Assembly (NCBI GenBank): GCA_965243025.1
Contig: CBDETY010000003.1
Span: 3,680,001 to 3,744,000 of the forward strand
Reading direction: 5' to 3'
Length of the DNA stretch: 64,000 bases
DNA from: Candidatus Latescibacterota bacterium
Lineage (GTDB): Bacteria; Latescibacterota; UBA2968; UBA8231
In this document: positions 54,641 to 64,000 of the stretch, piece by piece
Layout: the number at the start of each line of letters is the position of its first letter
How positions within the stretch are numbered: position 1 is the first letter of the stretch
The notes under the pieces: generated by a model
The model's input: the letters and a program-made list of their open reading frames with translations, nothing else
What the model was told of the DNA's origin: nothing
Database searches by the model: none
Made by a program: the position numbers and the translations under genes

Positions 54641-56707
54641 TCAGTCAATCGAGACCCGCTGGATGTGACCGTACCCGGGGGGCGCGTCGACCGGCTGCTC
54701 CCGGGCAACCACCTCGGCGGCCCGGGGACCGCAGGTGAACCGGTACGGCCCCGGCTCGGGAAGCACGAACCAGCTCCTCCCGTCCCTGTCGGCGCGAACC
54801 CCGAACGGCTCCACCGCCTGGCGGGCGAGCGGCTCGACGAAGACCGGCGCCCCCGGCCGCCGGGTCTCGACGATCACCTCGGGAAGGCGCCGGGGGTTGA
54901 GCGGCCCGACGTCCCGGCCGGCGAGCCGGCGGTAGAGGCCGCGCGACCACTGGCGGGTCGCGGTCTCGACGACGAGGGGCTTTTCCGGGTCGCACCAGTT
55001 GAGGTAGAGGGCGGCCTTGCCCCATGCCGCCTGCGTGCCCTCGCCGAACGGGTCGATGCGGGCGTCGGTCCCGGACTGGGAGGGCCAGCTGACCCGCGGC
55101 TCGACCGGGGCCGCCAGGCTCCCGGGGACGTTTTCCGTGAAACCGCGGTAATCCATGTCGGCGAGGAAGAAGGTCTGCAGGCCGTGGATGTCGCGCCCCG
55201 GCATGCTCAGCAGGAAGTCCCGCCACCCCTCCATCATCGGCGGCTCTCCGTCGAAGTCCCAGCGGCCGGACTCGAAGATGCCGGCCTCCCCGACCCGCAC
55301 CGGCTTGCGCGGAAGCGCCGGGTCGCTGCGCACCGCCTCGATCGCCGCCTCGATCTGCTCCAGGCCGCTGAACAGGCGGTAGCAGTCGATCAGCTCGACG
55401 AGCTCGGAGTCGGCGATCCCCGGGTCGAAGGTGACCTCGGCGACGCGGGTGCGGTCGAGCTCCTTCACCTTGCGCAGCAGGGGCACGCAGAAGGCGGGGT
55501 CGCGGGCGTCGGTGACGTCCCAGAACAGGATCGAGGGGTGGTTGCGCGTCCTGCGGATCCAGGCGTCGGCCACGGCGAGGTGGTTCTCCATCACCAGGCG
55601 CGCTTCCGACTCGTCGAGATCCTCCGGAAAGACCTGGCCTGTGCCGACGCAGAAGTTGGCGCCGACGACGAAGGTCCCCGACTCGTCGGCGACGTCGTAG
55701 AAGACCGACGGCGGGTCGTAGCGGTGGTGCTCGACGATGCTGACGTTGGCCGCGGCGAGGTCGGTGAACTTCCGCGTCAGCCACTGGCGCTCGTACACGT
55801 AGGGCATGGTGTGGTCGCCCCAGGGCATCAGCTGCTCGCCGTTGAGCAGCAGCAGCTTTCCGTCGGCGCGGACCTCGCGAAAGCCGAAGCGGACGATGTC
55901 GCGGTCGACGGGGCCCTGCCGGTCCGAGGAGAGGTCGATGCGCAGGAAGTAGAGCACCGGCTCCCCGTACGGCGGACGCCCCCAGGGCACGGCATCCGCC
56001 CACTCTTCGGTGCAGCCGACCACGGCGGTTTCGCCGGGTCCGACTTCGACTTCCCGCGGGGGCAGCCTCAGCAGGGTCTCGCCGGCGCGCGCCACCTCCC
56101 AGGCGACCAGGCCGCGGAACGGCCCGGCGCCGTCGTTGCGAACCGACACCTCGGCCGACAGGGTCTTCTCCCATACCGAGGTGGTCACGTACGGATCGGC
56201 GAGGTGGACGGATGGCCGGCAGCGCAGCCAGGCGTCCCCCTCGATGCCGACGGTGGCGGCGCTTGTGCGCCAGAAGCGGGTGTCGAGGGCCATCTCCGCG
56301 GCCTCGCTGAGCTCCCGGGCGCCGGGGTGGGCGTAGCGGCCGCGGCAGGAGTGGGTGAACAGGAGCAGCTCGTGCTCCGAGCCGGGAGCGGCGCGTTCCG
56401 TCAGGTCGATGAGCCAGGGCAGGCGCAGGTGGTGGTGCTCGCCGACGGCGGCACCGTTCAGATAAGCGCGACCGTAGTGGCGCACGCGGTCGAGGTCGAG
56501 GAGAAGGCGGCGCCCGTCCCCGGTCTCCCAGTCCCCCGGCACCGACAGCGACGTCCGGTACCACCCGGAGACGGGCGGATCCTCCTCGAACTCGCGCGAC
56601 CGGTGCGGCACCCGCACCCGGCGCCAGCCCCCCTCGGGAGCGGCGCCGTCCCCCCCTTCGGCGAACTCCCACTCGCCGTTGAGCAGCAGGCTGCGGCGCG
56701 GGCTCAT
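54641..56707 (-). CDS. Glycoside hydrolase family 2-like protein
   Basis: Real part of the 1484 aa ORF, starting MSPRRSLLLNGEWEF with an ATGA overlap. GWYRT; LNG..VGEH; FGFREV...LLNG; FYDVADESG; RNHPSILFW. Confidence 0.8.
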   Translation of the reverse strand: MSPRRSLLLNGEWEFAEGGDGAAPEGGWRRVRVPHRSREFEEDPPVSGWYRTSLSVPGDWETGDGRRLLLDLDRVRHYGRAYLNGAAVGEHHHLRLPWLIDLTERAAPGSEHELLLFTHSCRGRYAHPGARELSEAAEMALDTRFWRTSAATVGIEGDAWLRCRPSVHLADPYVTTSVWEKTLSAEVSVRNDGAGPFRGLVAWEVARAGETLLRLPPREVEVGPGETAVVGCTEEWADAVPWGRPPYGEPVLYFLRIDLSSDRQGPVDRDIVRFGFREVRADGKLLLLNGEQLMPWGDHTMPYVYERQWLTRKFTDLAAANVSIVEHHRYDPPSVFYDVADESGTFVVGANFCVGTGQVFPEDLDESEARLVMENHLAVADAWIRRTRNHPSILFWDVTDARDPAFCVPLLRKVKELDRTRVAEVTFDPGIADSELVELIDCYRLFSGLEQIEAAIEAVRSDPALPRKPVRVGEAGIFESGRWDFDGEPPMMEGWRDFLLSMPGRDIHGLQTFFLADMDYRGFTENVPGSLAAPVEPRVSWPSQSGTDARIDPFGEGTQAAWGKAALYLNWCDPEKPLVVETATRQWSRGLYRRLAGRDVGPLNPRRLPEVIVETRRPGAPVFVEPLARQAVEPFGVRADRDGRSWFVLPEPGPYRFTCGPRAAEVVAREQPVDAPPGYGHIQRVSID

Positions 56708-57468
56708 CGCAGGACCTCGTCGAACCACTCCTTGGTCCGCTCGAGCTTTTCGAGGATGGCGGGGAACTCGCCGCCGTGGGCGATCAGCCGCGCCCCGCGC
56801 TCGTGAAGCTGCCCGATCATCTCCCGGTCGAGGGCGGGGCGGCCCCAGACCTTGTCGTGCCTGGCCGCGGCCTCGGCGACCCGGTCCTCGGCTTCCTCGA
56901 GGGTCATCGAGCCGTCGTACTGCAACCTCAGGGAGAGGTCGCCCGGGCCCACGAACAGGCCGTCCACCCCTTCCACCGCGGCGATCGCGTCGACATTGGC
57001 GACCGCCTGCGGCGACTCGATCTGGACGACGATGAAGGTCTCCTCGTTCGCCTGCCGCGGGTAGTCGGCTCCTGCCTGCAGGGCGTAGTCGCTGTCGAGC
57101 CCGGCGCCGTCGAAGCCGCGGTTCCCCAGCGGCGGGAACCGGGTCGCCTCGACGATCCAGCGCGCGTCCTCCTCGGTGGTGACGTGGGGAAACATCAGGC
57201 CTGTGGCGCCGTCTTCGAGGTAGCGGTAGAGGCGCACCCGCTCCAGGGTCGGCGAGCGCAGCAAACAGTCGATGTCGAACAGGTGGAAGAAGGCCATCAT
57301 CCCCTGCACTTCCCTCTGCTCCATGGCCCGGTGCTCGAGGTCGAACCAGATGCAGTCGAAGCCGAAGTGGGCGGCGTGGCGGACGTAGGAAGGAATGAAG
57401 CTGCCGAGGCCGCAGATGCGCACCGTTTCTCCGGCGCGGATGCGGGCCAGTACCTTGCTCTTTCTCAT
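56704..57468 (-). CDS. HpcH/HpaI aldolase family protein
   Basis: GFDCIWFDLEH; GATGLMFPHV; RFPPLGNRG; VQIES; VEGVDGLFVGPGDLS. Confidence 0.92.
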   Translation of the reverse strand: MRKSKVLARIRAGETVRICGLGSFIPSYVRHAAHFGFDCIWFDLEHRAMEQREVQGMMAFFHLFDIDCLLRSPTLERVRLYRYLEDGATGLMFPHVTTEEDARWIVEATRFPPLGNRGFDGAGLDSDYALQAGADYPRQANEETFIVVQIESPQAVANVDAIAAVEGVDGLFVGPGDLSLRLQYDGSMTLEEAEDRVAEAAARHDKVWGRPALDREMIGQLHERGARLIAHGGEFPAILEKLERTKEWFDEVLR

Positions 57469-57595
57469 GGATGAACCTTTCTACGGGGAAGTCGCGCCGC
57501 TCTGGTGCCGCGCGGCGCGCTGAATCAAGTTCATGGCCGCGGGTGCCCGCAAGGAGAAGCGGGTCACGCCCACCCGGAAAGAGGCAAACGGAACG

Positions 57596-59059
57596 ATGAA
57601 AGTCGCAACGGGAACCATCAGCCACGAAACCAGCACCTTCACCACCGTCGAGACCAACTGGGACAGCTACCGCAACCAGCGCTTCGGGTACCTGCGCGGC
57701 CGGGAGGTCTTCGACAAGTTCCGCGGCAGCAACACCGCGGTCGGCGGCTTTCTCGCCGGGGCCGAGGAGCACGGCTTCGAGCTGGTGCCGACGATCTTCG
57801 CCTGCGCCCACCCGAGCGGCCCGACGCCGCGGGCGATCTTCGACGAGATCCTCGGCGACATGCTCTCCTCGATGCGGGATATCGGCCCGGTCGACGGGGT
57901 GCTCCTCGACGTGCACGGGTCGATGGCCGCCGAGGGGATCGACGACTGCGAAGGCCGCATCTTCGCCGCGGTGCGCGACCTCGTCGGTCCGTCGGTTCCC
58001 GTCATCGCCCAGCTCGACATCCACTCGAACGTGTCCAGGCGCATGGTGGAAACCGTCGACGTCCTGCTCGGCCACCGCACCTATCCAGAGATCGACCAGG
58101 ACGAGCGCGCCCGCCAGTGCGCCGGCATCCTCCACCGCATGCTGACCCGGGGCCTGAAACCTGCCCTCGCCCTGCGCCAGCTGCCGCTCTGCTGGGGGCT
58201 GAACCAGGTGACCGCGCACCCGCCGATGAGCGCCGCCATCGCCGAGCTCGAGCGCATCGAGGCGCTGCCCGGGGTGGTCTGCTGCTCGATCGCCACCTGC
58301 TACCCCCTCGCCGACCATCCCGACATGGGGGCTTCCGTCTACCTGGCGACCGACGGCGACTGCGGCCGCGCGCAGGAGCTTGCCGACGAACTGGGAGCCT
58401 GGATCTGGGAACGGCGGGCCCAGTGGCCGGGCTCGTCGCTGACCACCGCCGAAGCCATCGTCGAGGCCGACCGGATCGGTCGCTACCCGGCGATCTTCGC
58501 CGACCGCAACGACAACACCGGCGGCGGCTCTCCCGGCGACAGCACCGGACAGCTGCGCACCTTTCTCGAGGCCGGCCTGCGGGACGCCGCGGTGCTCTAC
58601 ATCGTCGATCCCGATGCCGCGGCCATATGCCACGAGGCCGGCATCGGGGCCACCGTGGAGATGAGGGTCGGCGCAAAATCGACGCCGCTGCAGGGAGAGC
58701 CTGTGGAGATGAGAGCGGAGGTGGCCGCCCTGTCGGACGGGCGCTTCACCTACCGAGGGCCCCGCAACGCCGGACTGGACGGTTTCATGGGGCCGTGCGC
58801 GCACATCGTCCAGGACGGGGTGCGCGTCATCCTCGTCAGCGAGCGCGAGCAGCCGTTCGACACCGCACTGTGCGAGTCGCTGGCTCTCGACCCCCGCGAG
58901 ATGCGCTACCTCGGCATCAAGTCCTCCGCCCACTTCCGCGCCGGGTTCGAGCCGTTCGCCGGCAGCATCCAGGTCGTGACCGAGCCCTCCGTCCACTCCG
59001 CCGAGGCGGTGGAGTTCCGGCGGCTGGGGCGGAGAGTCTACCCCTTCTCCGATTTCTGA
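57596..59059 (+). CDS. M81 family (MlrC-like) metallopeptidase
   Basis: Start MKVATG; HETSTF; LDVHGSM; LDIHSN; DNTGGGSPGDST; KSSAHFRAGF. Confidence 0.9.
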   Translation: MKVATGTISHETSTFTTVETNWDSYRNQRFGYLRGREVFDKFRGSNTAVGGFLAGAEEHGFELVPTIFACAHPSGPTPRAIFDEILGDMLSSMRDIGPVDGVLLDVHGSMAAEGIDDCEGRIFAAVRDLVGPSVPVIAQLDIHSNVSRRMVETVDVLLGHRTYPEIDQDERARQCAGILHRMLTRGLKPALALRQLPLCWGLNQVTAHPPMSAAIAELERIEALPGVVCCSIATCYPLADHPDMGASVYLATDGDCGRAQELADELGAWIWERRAQWPGSSLTTAEAIVEADRIGRYPAIFADRNDNTGGGSPGDSTGQLRTFLEAGLRDAAVLYIVDPDAAAICHEAGIGATVEMRVGAKSTPLQGEPVEMRAEVAALSDGRFTYRGPRNAGLDGFMGPCAHIVQDGVRVILVSEREQPFDTALCESLALDPREMRYLGIKSSAHFRAGFEPFAGSIQVVTEPSVHSAEAVEFRRLGRRVYPFSDF

Positions 59060-59284
59060 AGCGGAAGTCCCGGCCGGGTGCGATTCTACCCGCACAGATC
59101 AAATCACGGTCCGGCGCCCGAGCGCGCGATTCTCGTGAATCCGGCCCCCGTTGCAGACCCGCGTGACTCACTGCCTGCCACGACACGCTCAGGCCCTTTC
59201 CGAACCGGGTGCTTCGGCGCCCTCGTTTGTTCGACTGCACAGGCGCCATTGCACCGTCGACCGGGGCGGTCCCCCCGGATACGG

Positions 59285-61945
59285 ATGTTGGAAGCTCGCC
59301 TGACAGCGGCGCTGGCGGCCGCCCTCCTGGCCGCCATCCCTGGCCGGGCAGGAGCCGCCGGGGCCCTTTCCTTCGAAGACGCCTCGGCGAGCCTGCGGGG
59401 CCATCACCCGGAGGAGCGCTCCCGCGACATCGGCTGGAACGGGGCGGCCTGGTTCGATTTCGACCGCGACGGCCTTCTCGACCTGTTCGTCGCGCGCGGC
59501 ACCTCGCAGAGCAACGCCCTGTTCCGCAACCTCGGGGACGGCACTTTCGCCGACGTCGCCTCCGGGGCCGGGGTCGCCAACGGCAGCGGCAGCGGCGCCG
59601 CCGTGGCGGGCGACATCGACAACGACGGCTTTCAGGACCTCATCGTCACCGGGGCCCGCCGCAGCCGTCCCGGCGGCACCACCGCGGCCAGGCTCTACCA
59701 CAACCAGGGGGACGGGACCTTCGCCGACATCACCGCGGCTTCCGGCGTCGCCGGACTGCGCACCATGGTCGGGGCCGCCTGGGGGGACGTCGACCGGGAC
59801 GGCCTGCTCGACCTCTACATCGGCGGCGGCGAGGTCGCCGCCCAGGGGAGCCGCCTGTTCCTCAACAACGGCGACGGCACCTTCGCCGACATCAGCGCCC
59901 TTACGGGAATCGACGAGTCGGACGGCAACATCCTCGGGTTGTTCAGCGACTTCGACGGCGACGGCTGGCCCGACCTGTTCGCCGCCCGCTTCAGCGGCAC
60001 GCAGTCGATCGCCCTGTGGCGCAACAACCGCGACTACACCTTCACCGACGTGCACGCCGAGGCCGGGTTGACCGACATCGGCGCCTGGATGGGGTGGGCC
60101 CCCGGGGACGTCGACAACGACGGCGACATCGACCTGTTCCTCACCAACTACGGGGGGGCCAGGGAGTTCCTCGGCCGCCTCTGGCCGCACGCCCTGTTCC
60201 TCAACAACGGAGACGGCACCTACGCCAACATGGCCGCTGACGCCGGCGCCGGCGCCTACGAGTTCGCATGGGGCTCCACCATGCAGGATTTCGACAACGA
60301 CGGGTTCATCGACCTGTTCTTCGCCGGCGCCGACCCCTTCAACGAGCAGGTGGGCCCGGGATGGGGGAACCCGGGACGGCTGCTGCTCAACAACGGGACA
60401 GGCACTGACGGGCAGGCGACTTTCAGGGATGCTTCCCAAGCCGTGCCCGTCGACCTCAGCAGTCACTACACCTCGTCGGTGGCCGCCGCCGACTACGACA
60501 GCGACGGCTGGGTGGACGTCGCCGTAACCACCGAGAGCTTCAACGGCTTCACCTCGAGGCCGGTGCTGCTGCGCAACCTCGGGACCGGGGGCACCTGGCT
60601 CACCGTCGAACTGCAGGGAACCGCCGCCAACCGCGACGCCGTCGGGGCCCGGGTCGAGGTCGATAGCGGCGGGCTCCTCCAGGTTCGCGAGCTGTACGCG
60701 GGTTCGGGATTCCTGTCGATGGACAGCCAGCGGCTGCATTTCGGCCTCGGCGGGGCCGGCTCGGTCGACCGGGTGCGCGTGACCTGGCCGTCCGGCCACG
60801 TCCAGGTCCTGGAGCAGGTCGTTGCCAACCGGCGCATCTTTCTGGCCGAACCGCCGGAGGCGGAACTCCCGCTGAAGATCCGCTGGCAGTCCCCCCTGCC
60901 CGACACCATCGCCGCGGGCAGCGAGGTCGCCCTCGACGCCGTTCTCCTGCTCGAGGAAGGGGAGGCGCGCGTCAGCGCCGACCTCGGCCGGCTCGGCGGC
61001 CCTTCCGAACAGCCGCTGGAACCCCTCGGAGACGGGCGCCACCGCCTCGAGGTCCGCTTCACCGCCAGCCTGGAGAACGGCCTGGCCCCGTTGCTGTTCC
61101 GCATCGGGGAAACAGTCGGGGAGGCGAAGACCCACCTCGAACCGGTCGCCCTGCTGCCCCCCGGCGACCTCCTGCTGTTCGGCGACGAGCTGGCTGAAGA
61201 CTGGGACTTCGACTTCGGCTCGCTGCGCCCCGAACCGGGGTCCGAACAGGTCTTCGAGGGAACAAGCGGACTGACCGTCAACTCCTCCCTGGGATTCTAC
61301 GATTTCGAGTTCGAGCCGGACCTGCCCCTGAAGGGGTTCGGGTACGAGCTGCGCTTCGCCTTCCATCCCGGAGACGTCGAGTTCACTCCCGGCACCAGCT
61401 TCAAGGTTTCCTTCGGCAGGAGATCGACCCTGTGGGAGACGCAGCTGCTGCTCCAGAACGGCGGCTCCGAAATCGACCTGGAGCGCAAGGAGTGGCAGCA
61501 GGTCGTCGTGCCGCTCGCCCCCTTCGGCGCCGACTACGTCGTGGAGCGGTTCTTCTTCTCCGGGTTCATGCGCGGCACCTTCCACATCGACGACTTGCGT
61601 CTCGCCGCCCTGTCCCCCGCGGCCCCGACAGCGGTGGTCGAACCCCTCGCAGGAGCCGCTCCGGCCGCTTTCGCCCTGCACCAGAACGCCCCCAACCCTT
61701 TCAACAGCGAGACCGTCATCCGTTTCGATCTCGACCGCGGCAGCGAGCGCACCCTCCTCGAGGTCTACAACAGCTCCGGACAGAGGGTGGCCGCCCTGCC
61801 CCTGGGCCGCAGGCCCGCCGGGGCCTGGAGCCTGCGCTGGGACGGCCGCGGAGACCGCGGGGAAAGGCTCGGCAGCGGGGTTTACCTTTACCGCCTGCGA
61901 ACCGACCGCGCCGACGCGGCGCGCAAACTCCTGATCCTGAGGTAG
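59285..61945 (+). CDS. Secreted FG-GAP/ASPIC-UnbV protein with extra beta domains and C-terminal FlgD-Ig/T9SS-type-A-like domain
   Basis: Start MLEARL; signal peptide; FG-GAP repeats; ANRDAVGA...LHFGLG; PTAV...ALHQNAPNPFNSETVIRF...WDGRG...SGVYLYRL...RKLLILR. Confidence 0.85.
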   Translation: MLEARLTAALAAALLAAIPGRAGAAGALSFEDASASLRGHHPEERSRDIGWNGAAWFDFDRDGLLDLFVARGTSQSNALFRNLGDGTFADVASGAGVANGSGSGAAVAGDIDNDGFQDLIVTGARRSRPGGTTAARLYHNQGDGTFADITAASGVAGLRTMVGAAWGDVDRDGLLDLYIGGGEVAAQGSRLFLNNGDGTFADISALTGIDESDGNILGLFSDFDGDGWPDLFAARFSGTQSIALWRNNRDYTFTDVHAEAGLTDIGAWMGWAPGDVDNDGDIDLFLTNYGGAREFLGRLWPHALFLNNGDGTYANMAADAGAGAYEFAWGSTMQDFDNDGFIDLFFAGADPFNEQVGPGWGNPGRLLLNNGTGTDGQATFRDASQAVPVDLSSHYTSSVAAADYDSDGWVDVAVTTESFNGFTSRPVLLRNLGTGGTWLTVELQGTAANRDAVGARVEVDSGGLLQVRELYAGSGFLSMDSQRLHFGLGGAGSVDRVRVTWPSGHVQVLEQVVANRRIFLAEPPEAELPLKIRWQSPLPDTIAAGSEVALDAVLLLEEGEARVSADLGRLGGPSEQPLEPLGDGRHRLEVRFTASLENGLAPLLFRIGETVGEAKTHLEPVALLPPGDLLLFGDELAEDWDFDFGSLRPEPGSEQVFEGTSGLTVNSSLGFYDFEFEPDLPLKGFGYELRFAFHPGDVEFTPGTSFKVSFGRRSTLWETQLLLQNGGSEIDLERKEWQQVVVPLAPFGADYVVERFFFSGFMRGTFHIDDLRLAALSPAAPTAVVEPLAGAAPAAFALHQNAPNPFNSETVIRFDLDRGSERTLLEVYNSSGQRVAALPLGRRPAGAWSLRWDGRGDRGERLGSGVYLYRLRTDRADAARKLLILR

Positions 61946-61951
61946 ACCGCC

Positions 61952-63529
61952 ATGCCCCAGCCCCGCATCATGTTCGAGAACGACTCGCGCCACACCCTCA
62001 TCTACATGTACGAGCCCCCGATCGCGGTGGAGGACCACCGGCAGGCGGTCGACGAGCTGCTCGGCACCCCGGTGGAAGCGCTGCTGTTCAACCTCGGCTA
62101 CGGCAACGCCTTCCTGCACGGCACCGAGTCCGGCGACCGCTGGGGCCCGGACGCCTTCGCCACCCAGCCGTTCCGCCCCGGCGGCGGCAGGCAGTGGGAG
62201 CACGTCGTCTTCATGCGCGCCTACCGCAACGCCGCGCAGCTGATCGCCGAGGGGAACGACCCGCTGCGCCTGGTCTGCGAGCGCGCCCACGAGCACGGGC
62301 TGCTGTTGTACCCGTCGCTGCAGGCCAACGCCGCCCTGCCGGAAAAGGAGCTCACCATCGGCGCCGGGGCCGGTCCCGACGGCTTTTCCGGGGCGGAGCT
62401 GGGGGACTACAGGCACGCCGAGGTGCGGGCCCGCCGGCTCGCCCTGATCGAGGAGGTGGTCGGCAACTACGACGTCGACGGCTTCGAGCTGAACCTCGGG
62501 CATTACGCCGGCAGCCGTTTCTTCCACCCGGAGTTCGCCGCCGGCCGGGGGAGGGAGGTCTTCTCCGGGTTCATCGCCGAGGTGAGCGCCGCGGTGCGCG
62601 GCAGCGGCCCGGACCGCGAGCTGGCGGTGCGGATGCCGGCGGACCCCGGGCGCTGCGGGCAGCTGGGGCTCGACCCGGCCGAGTGGTGCCGGCAGGGGCT
62701 GGTCGACGTGATCCTGGGGGAAAGCACGGCCGGGGCCTCGGTCACCGATCCCACCGTCGATTTCCGGCCGCTGCTCGAATGCGCCGAGGGGAGCGGCTGC
62801 CGGGTGCACGGGGTCCTGCGCAACCACGTCGACTCCGACCGCCTGTACACCGCCCCGATCCAGATGATCCGGGCGGCGGCCTGCAACTACTGGGAGCAGG
62901 GGGTCGACGGCCTGTGCTGCGCCCACTGGTGCGGCAACTGGCCGTACGGGCCGGAGTTCTACGAGCAGCTGCGCGAGCTGCCCTTCCCGGAGGTGATGGC
63001 GGCAAGGGACAAGATCTACGCGGTCCCGACGGTCACCGGGCGCTCCCCCGAACCTGCGGACGGCAACCAGCTGCCCGCCCCCCTCGAGCCCGGCGTCCCG
63101 GTCCGCCTGCAGGTACCGGTCAGCGACGACCTGCCCCGGCAGGAGGCGGCCGGGCGCCTGCACGAGGTGATCCTGAGAATCCGCGTCACCCGCGTCACCG
63201 AGCGCGACCGCTTACGCTTCCGCCTGAACGGGAGCGAGCTGCCCGCGGACCGCCTGCGCAGGATCGACCACGTCTACCAGATCAGCGCGCCCCGCTTCCG
63301 CTCGCACTCGAGCTACTGGTTCGTGTTCAAGCCCGGCCCCGGGGAGCTGCCTCTGCGCGGCGGCAACGAGATCGAGGTGACCCTGCTGGAACGGGACCCG
63401 GAGCTGACCCCGGAAATGGAGGTGCGCGACGTCGAGCTCGAGATCCGCTACCTGCGCGGCAGGAGCTACCACCGCGGGGAGCACAACACCGACCCGGACC
63501 TGGGGCCCTACCAGCACGCCGGCACCTGA
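61952..63529 (+). CDS. TIM-barrel glycosyl hydrolase-like (GHL10-like) protein
   Basis: RIMFENDS; DPLRLVCERAHEHGL; DYRHAEVR...LIEEVVGNYDVDGFELN; RAAACNYWEQGVDG. No signal peptide. Confidence 0.65.
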   Translation: MPQPRIMFENDSRHTLIYMYEPPIAVEDHRQAVDELLGTPVEALLFNLGYGNAFLHGTESGDRWGPDAFATQPFRPGGGRQWEHVVFMRAYRNAAQLIAEGNDPLRLVCERAHEHGLLLYPSLQANAALPEKELTIGAGAGPDGFSGAELGDYRHAEVRARRLALIEEVVGNYDVDGFELNLGHYAGSRFFHPEFAAGRGREVFSGFIAEVSAAVRGSGPDRELAVRMPADPGRCGQLGLDPAEWCRQGLVDVILGESTAGASVTDPTVDFRPLLECAEGSGCRVHGVLRNHVDSDRLYTAPIQMIRAAACNYWEQGVDGLCCAHWCGNWPYGPEFYEQLRELPFPEVMAARDKIYAVPTVTGRSPEPADGNQLPAPLEPGVPVRLQVPVSDDLPRQEAAGRLHEVILRIRVTRVTERDRLRFRLNGSELPADRLRRIDHVYQISAPRFRSHSSYWFVFKPGPGELPLRGGNEIEVTLLERDPELTPEMEVRDVELEIRYLRGRSYHRGEHNTDPDLGPYQHAGT

Positions 63530-63639
63530 ACCACTCTGAAGCAGAGATCCGTCGCCACGGGCCGGCGTCCAGCCTTGGGCAGCCGCGGCCAGCCCTGGGC
63601 AGCCGTTGTTTCCTGAAGGAGCCTCGGGATTCGCCGCTG

Positions 63640-64000
63640 CTACACGGAATCGACGAACTCGAGGATTGCCCGGGCCAGCTCCCGCGGCTTGTGAAAGCCG
63701 ATGTCGTGGATGGTGTCGGGTATCCAGCGCACGCGGCTGCCGGAGATGGCATCGGCGGCCAGTTTCACCAGGCGCCTGCGGTCGCGGGCGAAATCGCCGT
63801 CGGTTTCCGGGCTCCCGGGACCGGCGGGAACTATCAGCGTCGGGCACCGGATGCGCGGCCAGAGACCGGAGGAAGGGTCGTCCCACATGGCGCGCAGGAT
63901 CTGTGCATGGTTGCCGGGGCGCAGTATGTCGTGAATCCGCCCGTCGCGCTCGTCGACCATGGTCTGCACGATACGCTCCACCTCGCTGTTCCAGCAGACC
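63640..64000 (-). CDS. Alpha/beta hydrolase, C-terminal part (runs off the window end)
   Basis: IRCPTLIV...WIPDTIHD....PRELARAILEFV matches the typical catalytic-His tail. Confidence 0.75.
   Translation of the reverse strand, partial: VCWNSEVERIVQTMVDERDGRIHDILRPGNHAQILRAMWDDPSSGLWPRIRCPTLIVPAGPGSPETDGDFARDRRRLVKLAADAISGSRVRWIPDTIHDIGFHKPRELARAILEFVDSV

Noticed and set aside
54641-59095. Apparent 1484 aa fusion protein
   Set aside because: Only the last ~688 aa (from 56707) is GH2-like. The rest overlaps the aldolase out of frame and the M81 gene in antisense.
2907-61945. Enediyne biosynthetic cluster suggested by UnbV-like domains
   Set aside because: No PKS, thioesterase or other enediyne cassette genes are present; ASPIC/UnbV domains are widespread outside such clusters.
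1-64000. CRISPR arrays, tRNA/rRNA, IS elements, prophage or defence genes
   Set aside because: I recognised no spaced direct repeats, structural-RNA signatures, or transposase, integrase or nuclease motifs by eye.

Overview
High-GC bacterial DNA with about 34 genuine CDSs, hidden among many antisense and off-frame shadow ORFs. I saw no rRNA, tRNA, CRISPR array, integrase or transposase. The gene content resembles Candidatus Latescibacterota or related FCB/PVC-adjacent lineages, which is an inference only. The window has three blocks. (1) 4.9-27.5 kb is a minus-strand, lower-GC cluster: two large paralogous probable outer-membrane proteins, a small secreted protein with its own promoter, terminator and C-terminal WGxIK tail, six paralogous secreted discoidin-like/FlgD-Ig proteins (two from a near-identical tandem duplication), and a double-parvulin chaperone lacking its conserved histidines. 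This is the best candidate for an undescribed surface-assembly or secretion system. (2) 0.2-4.8 kb and 27.7-49.2 kb carry repeated modules of TPR protein + CRTAC1-like (FG-GAP/ASPIC-UnbV) protein + polytopic membrane protein (DUF6785-like or membrane-fused spermidine-synthase-like). (3) 49-64 kb encodes metabolic enzymes, several with non-canonical active sites, notably a PhyH-family dioxygenase with the HxG halogenase-type motif and a cytochrome c-copper monooxygenase fusion. All family calls come from motif recognition by eye, not database searches.
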